This document shows positions 47,086 to 56,846 of a DNA stretch of 64,000 nucleotides, piece by piece; the first letter of the stretch is position 1, and each line of letters begins with the position of its first letter. The translations under genes were made by a program, and so were the position numbers. The stretch is from positions 12,131 to 76,130 of IMG/VR virus record IMGVR_UViG_3300023179_008905, one strand, 5' to 3'. Below the pieces are notes generated by a model. That model made no database searches and had not been told where the DNA came from. It saw only the letters and a program-made list of their open reading frames with translations. This DNA comes from a virus.

Positions 47086-49935
47086 ATGAAGTATCCAAAA
47101 TACTATGGTCATTATCTAGGTATTGTAGTTCAAAATAATGATCCTGATAAAAGGGGCAGAGTTAAGGTGTTTGTACCACATATCTCTCCAACTGTTTATA
47201 AGAAATGGAATGAAGCTGTAAAAGACAAGAAATTTAAATTTATAGGTAAAAACGTAGGTAGCGATATAACAGATGTAACGGATGATTTAAAGAAAATTCT
47301 ACCATGGGCAGAAATTGCAGCACCGCTGGCAGGTGAAAGTAGTAGCGGTAGATTTAATGCTTATAAAAATATTGGAACAATTAGTGATTCGAGTAGCTTA
47401 AGCGGTTCTATTTCTAATACACAAAACAGCGAGATAGATGTTTCAAAATTAGATTATTTTTCTCCAAATCTTGACAACATAGGTGAAAAGCCAGGTAATA
47501 TATTTGATATATCCTACTACAAGCTGAAAGATGCGTTCAGCGTTCCAGCAGAAACAAATGTTAATAATGCTAATAAATTTAGCTATAATTATACACCAGA
47601 ATGCTATAGTAACTGCGCGCGTGGTTCTTTTCCTCTTTTAAACGTAGGTTCTCACGTGTGGGTATTTTTTCATAATGGTGATGCTCTTAAGCCTATTGTT
47701 TTTGCTGCAGCATTTGGTACCGAAGATTGGAAAAGTATTTCAAATATTCCTACTACTAATGCAATAGAACTATCTGCAGCAAAAAGCCCGGGTGTAGATT
47801 ACCCCGGTGCTTATGAAAATAGAAGCTCTGTTTCTAGTCAAGAATACGATATTAATGTTGAAACTTATAGGAATAAATATGTAATTAATCAAAAAGGCGG
47901 TACTATATCATTTGTAAATACTGATAATAGAGAAGCTTTAAAACTAACACATTATTCTGGTTCATTTAAAGAGTTTAATAATTTTACTAATACAGAATTA
48001 GCTACTAATAATGATCAAAAATTAGTTTTAAATGATCAATTTTTAACTGTAAGAGGTTCCAGAAACGAGTATACACAACTGGATTACGATAACGTTACTA
48101 AAGGAGATGTGTATAGAAAAATAGGAGATTTAAATAGAAATTTACATTTACAATGGAAATCTATAGTTCAAGAAATAGCTGATGTAAAACAATTATTTGA
48201 TATTCAAAGAGCAGAAAAAGCGGTTTCTGAAAATGGCATGCTCTTAACGTCACCGCTTCAAACACAAGCTTCTGGTGGGTTTGATAACTGCCCTGTGTGT
48301 AATAAAAATATAAACTCTTATTTTTCAGTTAATAATTCATATAGTAATAATTTTAATTTAAAGCTTTTTCCAAGTCTAGCTGATAGCGGTGGTAATTATA
48401 TATTTGGTAATACGCTAACACCAGATGGTATAATGGGTAGCTTAGACTTTGTCGGCTCACTAGGCGCACCTCAATTTGGTCCCCCTACACAGGTTTTAGG
48501 TAATTCAGGTGATGGTTCTTCTGATCCTAATAAACCAGGAACTATATTTGGGGTTACTTGCCCTGCATGCGGTGGAACAGGAAAAAGCCCTAGTTCACTT
48601 GGTGGTAATTGGCCACCCGATCCTAAAAAACAAAATTTAAATAATTTAATTAAAAGTAAAATACAAGATCTTGCTAAAATAGAAAAAGATATGGGTCTAG
48701 GGGGTAGTGAGATTATAGAAATTACAAAACATAAAATAGAAACGATCGGCACAGTAATGAACGATTTTGGTAGCATAAGAGTAGATATGAAAGGTAAAAT
48801 GTATATCTCAGATGTACAGGTGGGTAAATACGGAACATTTTATAATAGAAAACCTTCACCCCTCGTAGAGCTAGTACATGTAGATGATCTGCCTGGTGGT
48901 AATTATACTCTAAACGTTTGTAATAGATATAATGTAATGGTTGGAGCTGGAGGCTTAAATCTTAAATCTTACGGACCAGTTAACATTAGTGGATCTCTTA
49001 CTAACATTGCAGGCAAGCAAGTAAATATAGGTAGTGAACTAGAAACCAATATTGATGGTGGTCGTCGATTATCTCTAGTTGCAGATATCATAAGCTTGAG
49101 GCAAAGAAACAAAGAGCAAGTAGTTGTAGAGGGGTCATTAGGAATTACAAATAATTTAATAGTAGCGGGCGGTCTGCACGTAGAAGGTGAGTTTACTGCT
49201 AACCACATTACTATGCCTACTGAAGTACAGGCTACGGAGGAGACAAATGTATTTGCTGCAGCTACAACAGATGAGAGTAATATGAATGGTAAAATAATTG
49301 GATTTGCTGTTCCTCTATCAAATTATGCTACTGTTAAAAATGCTAAGGATAAATCATTTAAAGAAAACACTAAAAAAGATACCGGAGCACCTTACTTAGG
49401 CTATACTGATGCATCAGTAGTCGCTGGTCGGCTTAAAAAAGATGAAAATATAGGTTATTTAAAATCTGGGCAAATTATAGGCTATATAAAGCAAACAGAC
49501 ATTGCATCTATAATTGCACCATCAACCGGTGGTGCGTGTTCCTCTACAGTAAACATTCCCATCTATTGCTCTACAAATATTGCAACAGATACAGATGTAT
49601 CGGTAAAAGCATCTAGTACAGGTAGCTCTACCAACTCTAAGGACACGCCAGTATATGGATCAGGACCGGGTGGTAATGCAGATCTTGCAGGCGGTACAGT
49701 TAGAGGCAGTATTAAGGGTGCAGATACAGGCGCTGGTGGTAAAGATCCCATGCAAATGCCTATAGTCGTGTATGGTTCCGGTCGTGATAGAGATAGTATT
49801 TACGTAGAAAAACACTCGCACATGTTTAAAGGATTACCTTCTACTCTTACAAATACTAATGCACAGACTAGAGAAAAAATATCTGGCAAGCTAGCCCCAC
49901 TAAATTCAGAAGTAGTTGCAAATTACAAGAAATAA
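47086..49935 (+). CDS. baseplate hub/central spike, gp5/VgrG-like
   Basis: YLGIVVQNNDPDKRGRVKVFVP OB-fold, VGSHVWVFFHNGD, LTHYSGSFKEF, beta-helix repeats, C-terminal HSH. Confidence 0.8.
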   Translation: MKYPKYYGHYLGIVVQNNDPDKRGRVKVFVPHISPTVYKKWNEAVKDKKFKFIGKNVGSDITDVTDDLKKILPWAEIAAPLAGESSSGRFNAYKNIGTISDSSSLSGSISNTQNSEIDVSKLDYFSPNLDNIGEKPGNIFDISYYKLKDAFSVPAETNVNNANKFSYNYTPECYSNCARGSFPLLNVGSHVWVFFHNGDALKPIVFAAAFGTEDWKSISNIPTTNAIELSAAKSPGVDYPGAYENRSSVSSQEYDINVETYRNKYVINQKGGTISFVNTDNREALKLTHYSGSFKEFNNFTNTELATNNDQKLVLNDQFLTVRGSRNEYTQLDYDNVTKGDVYRKIGDLNRNLHLQWKSIVQEIADVKQLFDIQRAEKAVSENGMLLTSPLQTQASGGFDNCPVCNKNINSYFSVNNSYSNNFNLKLFPSLADSGGNYIFGNTLTPDGIMGSLDFVGSLGAPQFGPPTQVLGNSGDGSSDPNKPGTIFGVTCPACGGTGKSPSSLGGNWPPDPKKQNLNNLIKSKIQDLAKIEKDMGLGGSEIIEITKHKIETIGTVMNDFGSIRVDMKGKMYISDVQVGKYGTFYNRKPSPLVELVHVDDLPGGNYTLNVCNRYNVMVGAGGLNLKSYGPVNISGSLTNIAGKQVNIGSELETNIDGGRRLSLVADIISLRQRNKEQVVVEGSLGITNNLIVAGGLHVEGEFTANHITMPTEVQATEETNVFAAATTDESNMNGKIIGFAVPLSNYATVKNAKDKSFKENTKKDTGAPYLGYTDASVVAGRLKKDENIGYLKSGQIIGYIKQTDIASIIAPSTGGACSSTVNIPIYCSTNIATDTDVSVKASSTGSSTNSKDTPVYGSGPGGNADLAGGTVRGSIKGADTGAGGKDPMQMPIVVYGSGRDRDSIYVEKHSHMFKGLPSTLTNTNAQTREKISGKLAPLNSEVVANYKK

Positions 49936-50127
49936 TTATTTTTTGTTAAGCCAATCAGTTCTATGATGTGTAACCCAATCCATTAAGGCTCTCTCAAACC
50001 CCACATCATGTCCAGACCGCTCAGACATATACCATTTATTTCTTAAAATCTCTTCTCTTTCTTGAAGAAATCTTTTATAAAGATCGGTATTTTTTAATTC
50101 TAAACTTGTAGATGACAGTGAATCCAT
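49936..50127 (-). CDS. DUF4032-like small protein
   Basis: LYKRFLQEREEILRNKWYMSERSGHDVGFERALMDW. Confidence 0.7.
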   Translation of the reverse strand: MDSLSSTSLELKNTDLYKRFLQEREEILRNKWYMSERSGHDVGFERALMDWVTHHRTDWLNKK

Positions 50128-50145
50128 TACTACAATATTTATTCT

Positions 50146-50209
50146 TACACTAGTAACCTTGCAATAAATTCAAGGTTCCCACCAACCCACCCCTAGTGTA
50201 CGTCGTACA
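50146..50209 (-). other. structured intergenic element: nested stems enclosing a G-rich tract
   Basis: Minus strand TACACTAG-GGGTGGGTTGGTGGG-AACCTTG-AATTTATTG-CAAGGTT-A-CTAGTGTA; perfect 8-bp and 7-bp stems. Confidence 0.6.
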
Positions 50210-50230
50210 GTTGCTCCTTCTAAAATTTAT

Positions 50231-50458
50231 TTATTGTTGAGCGAGCTTATTTTTTAAATTATCAAATATAATTTTTTTATCGTCTAATGCTTGAGCTTTA
50301 AGTACATCTATCATTCTTAAAACAACATCTAATCTAAGCATTTTTAAATAATCATATTTTATTTCTAAACCGATACATGCAAGAAACCTTTCACAAATAA
50401 AAAATAAAACAGATAATTCTTCTTCAGTTAATTCTTTTAATGTATGGCTATAAATCAT
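50231..50458 (-). CDS. hypothetical protein
   Basis: 75-aa ORF with ATGA overlap to the nrdB stop. Confidence 0.65.
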   Translation of the reverse strand: MIYSHTLKELTEEELSVLFFICERFLACIGLEIKYDYLKMLRLDVVLRMIDVLKAQALDDKKIIFDNLKNKLAQQ

Positions 50459-51519
50459 AGTTCAATATCTTCAAAAACACTTTCAGATATATTTGTATCT
50501 CTTGCACCTATCTTGTAAGTAGAGATTTCTGTCTCTTGTGGAGCAACCTGTACTTTGCTTGAATCAAGATAACTATCTAACCATCCTGAAATTGGATTTT
50601 CTTTTTGATTAAATATCTTTTTATATCCTAAAGAACGCAACCGATTATCACACAACCATTTAGAATACCCTCCTAGAACTTCAGCGTTTAATCCTAGTAA
50701 TGACCCTTTACTAAAAAGATATTGCGCCCATTCAATTTCATTTTTTGCGGCTTGCTCGTAGAATGCATAAATTTTATCTTCACTTTTTTTAACAATAGAT
50801 GCAAACCCTTCCTTATCTTCATCGCGTAAAATTTTTATTAAATTTTGTGTAATTGCAAAATGCTGAGCTTCATCACGTTGAATAAATTTTATAATCTTTG
50901 CATTACCTTCCATTTTACCGCGATATCCAAAATAAAAACTACAGGCAAAGCTTACATAAAATACTAACCCTTCCATAACATTTACGGATAAGATACAATC
51001 AAATATTTTTTGTTTTAAATCTTTCTTTGTATCGTCTCCTAAGATTTTATCAAAATTATTTCTAATTAACTCTGCTCTACTTACAATATCTTTATCTTCC
51101 ATTATACTATCAAAAAAATTAGATGCGTCCGGGTGTACATTATTTAAGAGGTAAGAATAACTATAACTATGTATACCTTCAAACCGCTGCCATGTATTCA
51201 TGCAAATCTCTAGTTCTGGGTTGCTCACATAATCTTTTAAAGAATGAATACTTCTAGATAGCATTGAATCTCCTAAAGTTTGAAATTTTAAGTTTGTATC
51301 AAATACAAACCGCTCTTCTCCTTTAAGCTCTCTATAATCTCCTCTATCTTTTTGAAGAGATATTTCATGAGGCCACCAAAAAAATTCTTCCTGTTTTTTA
51401 AACAATTCAAAGAACGTAGGGTATTTAAATTTATCGTATCTCTGTAAATTTAAATCTTCACCAAAAAAAAGAGGCTGTTTGGTGTGATCAATGTTTTTTA
51501 TATTTAAAACAGACTTCAT
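50455..51519 (-). CDS. nrdB: ribonucleotide reductase class Ia beta subunit
   Basis: FFWWPHEI, FQTLGDS, EGIHSYSY, EGLVFYVSFA, RDEAQH, VAPQETE. Confidence 0.95.
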   Translation of the reverse strand: MKSVLNIKNIDHTKQPLFFGEDLNLQRYDKFKYPTFFELFKKQEEFFWWPHEISLQKDRGDYRELKGEERFVFDTNLKFQTLGDSMLSRSIHSLKDYVSNPELEICMNTWQRFEGIHSYSYSYLLNNVHPDASNFFDSIMEDKDIVSRAELIRNNFDKILGDDTKKDLKQKIFDCILSVNVMEGLVFYVSFACSFYFGYRGKMEGNAKIIKFIQRDEAQHFAITQNLIKILRDEDKEGFASIVKKSEDKIYAFYEQAAKNEIEWAQYLFSKGSLLGLNAEVLGGYSKWLCDNRLRSLGYKKIFNQKENPISGWLDSYLDSSKVQVAPQETEISTYKIGARDTNISESVFEDIEL

Positions 51520-51531
51520 AAGGAGGTAATA

Positions 51532-53796
51532 TTATAGCTTACAAGCACCGCTAGAGCAATCATTATTCTCTTTTTGTGTTATAAGTTGTTCTTTATCGCC
51601 ATCATCTGTATTATTATAGTATAAAGATATTAAACCTAGACTATAAGCATACATTATTTCTTTCATTACCTTGCTATCTGGTAATACATTATTTTCATAA
51701 TGACTGTAATTATAATACAAATTCGTTGATATAGCCATGTCAATATATTTTTGTATAACGGCGTTTAAATTTATGATTCCCGTATTATCCTTAAAATCAA
51801 ACGCAAAATTGTAATGATTATCAAACTTACCTATACCCGGTACAAGTACGGGAAGTTTTCCCATCTTTGACATTTTATATGTTACTAAAGAACGAACGGG
51901 CTCAACACCATTGGTAGAACTTTGAATCACAGAACTCGATTCACATGGCATACAGCAAGATAACGTCGAATGTCTTAATCCGTGTTTTTTTATTTCTTGT
52001 CTTAATTCTTCCCAGTTATGTGTTAGCTTTCTCTTATAAATAGAATCTATTTTTTTCTTGTAAGTGTCTATTGGTAAAATTCCTTTAGAATATTTTGTTG
52101 CATTAAATTTTTCACATTTACCTTTTACTTTTGCTAAATTAAGACTAGACTTTAACAAATAATATTGAAAATGTTCCATCCATTCATCCATTAAAACTAA
52201 AGCATTCTTTGATTCATATGATGCATTATTTTTTGCAAGGTAAGCTGCAAGATTAGTTATACCTATTCCTAAGCTCCTACGTTTTTTAGCAAAATTTTCT
52301 GCTGCTTTGTTAAAATAATATTGTATATCTATTATTTCATCCAAAAATCTAACAACTAAATCTACAGTTTTTTCTAGATCTTTCCAGTCTCTGATTTCTA
52401 ACATATTTATGGCAGATAGTATACACATGCCTATTTCACCATCTGGGTCATTAAAATCTTTAATTGGTATAGTAGGGTGAATAACTTCTGTACAAAGATT
52501 ACTCATTGTAACCTGATCTAACCAAGAAGTATGTTCATTAGCGGTATCAACATTTAAAACGTAAATTCTACCAGTTTCCACTCTTTCTTTAATTATTAAA
52601 GAAAATAATTTTCTAGCAGAAACTTTTTTCTTAAACTTTATTTTTCTATCGTTTTCACACTCCTCGTAAATTTTGTTAAATTTAGAAGTACCCCATGCAT
52701 TATAAAGATGAGGAACTTCACCGGGGCTAAAAAGAGTAACAGTTTCATTCTTAATTACCCTATCATAAAATAATTTAGACATTCCAACGGTGTAATCGAG
52801 CTTTCTGACTCTATTATCATCAGTACCAGCATTATTTTTTAAAACAACAATGTCTTCAATTTCATAATGCCACCATTGAACATTAATAGTAGCGGATCCA
52901 CCGCGTAATCCGTTTTGTTGCCATGCTTTTACAGATGCTTCGTATATTTTTAAAAACGGTATAAGCCCTGTATGTACAACTTCGCCATTACCGATTGGAG
53001 ATCCTAGAGCTCTTATCTTAGACACGTCAACACCAATACCACATCTATTGGCTGTTGCTAACGACACTGCAGTACCAGATGCTGTTATCGATTCTTTTGT
53101 GTCGTCGACACCTATAAGACAGCAACTAGCATAATTACGTGAAAGTGTACGTACACCAGCCATAACTGGAGTAGGTAAATTTATTTTATGTCTAGAAATT
53201 GCATTATAAAATCTTCTTACTAATTCTATACGCTCACCGTTATCATAGTTCATAAAAGCATACATTGAAATTAAAATATATGCAAACTGCGGCGTTTCAA
53301 AAATTTTATTAGTTACTCTATTTTTTACTAGATATTTGTCACATAATTGTTTCAATCCAGAATATGTAAATATAAAATCTCTTTCATGATCTAAGAATTC
53401 ACCAATTTTATTAATTTCATCTTCAGAATATTTTTCTATTATTACTGGGTCATAAATCTCTTTACGTAAGCCTAGATTTATTACATCAAGCAATCTAGGA
53501 GCATGTTTTCCGCCCCACACATCTTTTCTAAGCTGATAGCACAGTAAGCGACCTGCAACATACTGATAGTTAGGTTTACTTAAAGAAATTAAATTTGCAG
53601 CAGATTCTATTAAAACCTGATGTATGTCTCTAGTGGAAATATTCTCGACTATGTTTAACTTAGCATTAATTTCTATTTCTGACAAACTAACGCCAGATAT
53701 ACCGTCGGTAGCCCAGCGTATAACTTTATTAATTTTTTCAATATTAAATTTCTCTAGCTCTCCGTTACGTTTTTTAACAAATGTTTGTGCGCTCAT
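51532..53796 (-). CDS. nrdA: ribonucleotide reductase class Ia alpha subunit with ATP cone
   Basis: VKKRNG ATP cone, ETPQ, PTPVMAGVRT, ASCCL, SNLCTEV, MPCESSS, C-terminal CSSGACKL. Confidence 0.95.
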   Translation of the reverse strand: MSAQTFVKKRNGELEKFNIEKINKVIRWATDGISGVSLSEIEINAKLNIVENISTRDIHQVLIESAANLISLSKPNYQYVAGRLLCYQLRKDVWGGKHAPRLLDVINLGLRKEIYDPVIIEKYSEDEINKIGEFLDHERDFIFTYSGLKQLCDKYLVKNRVTNKIFETPQFAYILISMYAFMNYDNGERIELVRRFYNAISRHKINLPTPVMAGVRTLSRNYASCCLIGVDDTKESITASGTAVSLATANRCGIGVDVSKIRALGSPIGNGEVVHTGLIPFLKIYEASVKAWQQNGLRGGSATINVQWWHYEIEDIVVLKNNAGTDDNRVRKLDYTVGMSKLFYDRVIKNETVTLFSPGEVPHLYNAWGTSKFNKIYEECENDRKIKFKKKVSARKLFSLIIKERVETGRIYVLNVDTANEHTSWLDQVTMSNLCTEVIHPTIPIKDFNDPDGEIGMCILSAINMLEIRDWKDLEKTVDLVVRFLDEIIDIQYYFNKAAENFAKKRRSLGIGITNLAAYLAKNNASYESKNALVLMDEWMEHFQYYLLKSSLNLAKVKGKCEKFNATKYSKGILPIDTYKKKIDSIYKRKLTHNWEELRQEIKKHGLRHSTLSCCMPCESSSVIQSSTNGVEPVRSLVTYKMSKMGKLPVLVPGIGKFDNHYNFAFDFKDNTGIINLNAVIQKYIDMAISTNLYYNYSHYENNVLPDSKVMKEIMYAYSLGLISLYYNNTDDGDKEQLITQKENNDCSSGACKL

Positions 53797-53842
53797 ATTA
53801 CGAAAAATAAAAAATTATTTATTACTAAAACAAAAAAAATAA

Positions 53843-54418
53843 CTAAAAATTATACTTTTCTATGGCCGCCTTAAGAAAATTTTTTGTTGTTGTTTTTAAA
53901 TAATTTTTATTACTTAAAACATAAATAGTAAAATATGCAAAAGATTGAAATTTATTTTCATGAAATAAAACTTTATCATACAGACTTTCGTATTTAATAT
54001 TAGTTGCTGAAATTATATTTAAAAATTCACTATCAATTGGATAAATTCCTTTATCTAGATATGCATAACAGTTATCACACTTTAAATTATATTCTTTGAG
54101 CAATGCCTTATAGCTATCTCTTGATAAGCTTGCACCCGGTCTAAGACCTGCTGCATCAAGCTGTCTAATTAACGGTAAATATTTTTCTCTTATTTTAATT
54201 GATATTCCTCTAAAAAATTTAGGAAGAATTGGCTCGTTAGGAACAAAATGAATGATGTCAGTAGGATTAAAATTTTCGTTTATTACAAGTCTTTGTTGAT
54301 CGTATGAATTTTTTAATTGAAAACCTAGCATTGTAAAAGGGTAATTGCTATCTGAAAGATAATTAAACGAATCTACATCTAGAGGCTCTTCAGCAAGACC
54401 TACGTTTAACAATGTCAT
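53843..54418 (-). CDS. hypothetical protein
   Basis: 191-aa ORF with its own sigma70-like promoter. Confidence 0.7.
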   Translation of the reverse strand: MTLLNVGLAEEPLDVDSFNYLSDSNYPFTMLGFQLKNSYDQQRLVINENFNPTDIIHFVPNEPILPKFFRGISIKIREKYLPLIRQLDAAGLRPGASLSRDSYKALLKEYNLKCDNCYAYLDKGIYPIDSEFLNIISATNIKYESLYDKVLFHENKFQSFAYFTIYVLSNKNYLKTTTKNFLKAAIEKYNF

Positions 54419-54424
54419 AAAGCT

Positions 54425-54452
54425 ATTATACGTACATAGTTTACGTAATCAA
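54425..54452 (-). promoter_or_regulatory. sigma70-like promoter TTGATT-N16-TATAAT
   Basis: -10 ends 6 nt before ATG 54418. Confidence 0.65.
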
Positions 54453-54463
54453 TAGGTTATAAA

Positions 54464-54880
54464 TTAAAATAGCTTTACATGCTTAAACAATTCAGTCAAT
54501 AAAACTACAAAGATAGAAGTGATAGACGCAAGCACAGTGGTGGTTACTGCGGTCTTAAATCCCCACATATGCGTATTTTCAGCTCTTTTTCGGCCAAATT
54601 CACTCGTAATTTGTACAGCTATACTATTAAATCTCTCGTTAACCACGTCGGCTATATTTTTAAATTTTAATTCTATTTCTCTTTCTAACCCATCTATTTT
54701 TTCGTTTACATGGACTAATTTTGTTTCTACCTGTTCGTGATGTGATTTTAATTTGCCTGAAAGTTCTGATAGTTGCGTTACTATTGCCGGCTTACCATTT
54801 CCTTGATAGACAACCTTATAAACCTCTTTTAATTCTTCTTGTAGCTTCTTTAATGTAGTAGAGGTTGTATGTCTTTTCAT
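54464..54880 (-). CDS. coiled-coil protein with a C-terminal transmembrane helix
   Basis: VYQGNGKPAI, heptad region, hydrophobic AVTTTVLASITSIFVVLL. Confidence 0.65.
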   Translation of the reverse strand: MKRHTTSTTLKKLQEELKEVYKVVYQGNGKPAIVTQLSELSGKLKSHHEQVETKLVHVNEKIDGLEREIELKFKNIADVVNERFNSIAVQITSEFGRKRAENTHMWGFKTAVTTTVLASITSIFVVLLTELFKHVKLF

Positions 54881-55110
54881 TTTACTTGAAAGGAGTAAGA
54901 GAGGATTCCCTTAGGTAAACTATATACCTTTCCTCTCATTATACCATTTTTTTCTTTTACTACTATAGTCATCTTATCTTGTGTAACTATAGGGCCATTA
55001 ACTATTTCTGCTGTACCGAGATTAAGGCTATAAGTCTTAATACCCTTTAAAACATCAAAAACGTTAATTGTATTTTTTCCTGCTAATACTGCAGAATATA
55101 ACTTGTTCAC
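54877..55110 (-). CDS. hypothetical protein
   Basis: GTG start after a TAAATA box; ATGA overlap with the next gene. Confidence 0.6.
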   Translation of the reverse strand: MNKLYSAVLAGKNTINVFDVLKGIKTYSLNLGTAEIVNGPIVTQDKMTIVVKEKNGIMRGKVYSLPKGILSYSFQVK

Positions 55111-55161
55111 AATAAGTATTTATCGTTGTTAAAATGCAAAATTTAATAAATATATAAAAAT

Positions 55162-56658
55162 ATGGCAGACATAGTTTCCAAAATTTTAGTAAGACAAGGA
55201 ACTGATTCACAGAGAAGAACAGCTAACGCTACTGGTATCGTTTTTAGTTCTGGAGAGCCCGCATTTTGTACAGATACAAAAAGACTATATATAGGTGATG
55301 GTAGTACAGCTGGAGGAATTTCAGTAGGAAGTAAAAACCTTGGAGCAGTAAGTGTATTGTTTGGAACCTATCAAAACAATTTTTCTTATGAAGCTATTAG
55401 AACATTTACAACATCGGGGGCCGCTCCAGGTGATTTTATTTACGATAAGACAACTAGAAACATTTATACACTTTCATCGGTAAGCACTTTTCCGCCTCTT
55501 ACTTCAGATTTAGTAAAATATGATTCAATAGTTTTAGTTAATAATGATCAATTTCAGTTAGTTAATAACGTACTTAACATAAAGCAGGGTGGTATTAAAA
55601 AAGAGCTTCTAGATTTTGGTGTTGTAGATGGTGCAACGCTAGAAAAGCCTGATGTTTCGAGCGGATTAAGAATTAAAAATGGAGGTGTACAAAATCAACA
55701 TTTTGCAAACGCACCTGCTTATTCTGTAAAAGGTAATGTACTCACAACTGCCGGTACGCCTACTGATATTATTGTTGGTCCAAGTCAATTTATTGGCAGA
55801 ACATCTACATCAACACTTACATCTATACCCCTTTCAGCAATAATTCAGGATGCCGGTATTCAAGGAACCAACGGAATTACTGTAAGTGTAGATAACGAAA
55901 TTTCTTTAGATACAAATTATTTTGTTGCAGCACCAGCACCTACTCCTAGTCTTACTATTAATGTACCGGTAAGAAATCTCTTCAGTCTGACAACAGAAGG
56001 TAGAGCTTATCTAAGTGCAGGTCTTTCAGTTAAAGGCTCTACAGATACAGCCGGCAACATGACAATTAATGGCACCGGGTATGTATCTAATGATTTAAGA
56101 GTTTTGGGCAACTTATATGCACCTTCTATATCGGGTAATACGAGTATAACTTTACAAAAACCTACTATAGTAAATGGTAATTTTTCAGTTAATGGTGCAG
56201 GGCTAACAAATGATATTACCGGTAATATTAACAACATTACGGGCATAACAAATGTCATTGGTAATACCACGGTTACCGGTGGTTTAACAATAACATCGGA
56301 TACTTCTGTACAAGGATCTATTTACTGTACTAACGATATAGTAGCTTATTATACTCCATCAGATGAACATATAAAAGATAATATAAAGCCTATAGGATTT
56401 GCTTTAGAGAAAATTTCTTATTTAAAAGGATGTGAGTTTAAGTATAACAATCAAGCTCCGCAGCATCTACAAAATAAAGATTCTTATGGATTAATTGCAC
56501 AAGACGTAGAAAGAGTTTTACCCAATGCTGTCGATATACGTCCCAACGGCTTTAAGGGTGTAAACTATGAAGCAATTATTCCTCTACTCATTCAAGCTAT
56601 AAAAGAGCTTCAAAAAGAAGTAAATGAGTTAAAATCATCTAAATGCTGTAACAAATGA
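55162..56658 (+). CDS. tail fibre with intramolecular chaperone (peptidase S74) domain
   Basis: KILVRQGT...GEPAFCTDTKRLYIGDG N-terminal domain; SDEHIKDNI...GLIAQDVE.VLP..V...VNYEAIIPLLIQAIKEL. Confidence 0.85.
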   Translation: MADIVSKILVRQGTDSQRRTANATGIVFSSGEPAFCTDTKRLYIGDGSTAGGISVGSKNLGAVSVLFGTYQNNFSYEAIRTFTTSGAAPGDFIYDKTTRNIYTLSSVSTFPPLTSDLVKYDSIVLVNNDQFQLVNNVLNIKQGGIKKELLDFGVVDGATLEKPDVSSGLRIKNGGVQNQHFANAPAYSVKGNVLTTAGTPTDIIVGPSQFIGRTSTSTLTSIPLSAIIQDAGIQGTNGITVSVDNEISLDTNYFVAAPAPTPSLTINVPVRNLFSLTTEGRAYLSAGLSVKGSTDTAGNMTINGTGYVSNDLRVLGNLYAPSISGNTSITLQKPTIVNGNFSVNGAGLTNDITGNINNITGITNVIGNTTVTGGLTITSDTSVQGSIYCTNDIVAYYTPSDEHIKDNIKPIGFALEKISYLKGCEFKYNNQAPQHLQNKDSYGLIAQDVERVLPNAVDIRPNGFKGVNYEAIIPLLIQAIKELQKEVNELKSSKCCNK

Positions 56659-56846
56659 AATTTGATAATGCAATAAAATCTCTGCTAGAAGATTTTAATG
56701 TGTACCCAAAAAGTCAAATGGCGGTTAGCGCTGGACCTGATCAGGGTATGACTTCGGGTGACATTGCTAATACATTTCCAAGTAAACAGGAAACACTTAG
56801 AGTTAAGCTACCTAAAAAAAAGATTAAGAAGCTAAGAAAAGATTAA
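56655..56846 (+). CDS. small late protein, possible internal head protein
   Basis: Leader MKFDNAIKSLLEDF; basic C-terminus; ATGA overlap. Confidence 0.55.
   Translation: MKFDNAIKSLLEDFNVYPKSQMAVSAGPDQGMTSGDIANTFPSKQETLRVKLPKKKIKKLRKD

Noticed and set aside
50146-50220. preQ1 riboswitch, tRNA or plain terminator
   Set aside because: No preQ1-I consensus or A-rich pseudoknot tail, no cloverleaf, no U-tract after the stem; kept as an unexplained structure
50455-53796. Intron or intein in nrdA/nrdB
   Set aside because: Both ORFs are continuous and of normal length with motifs in order
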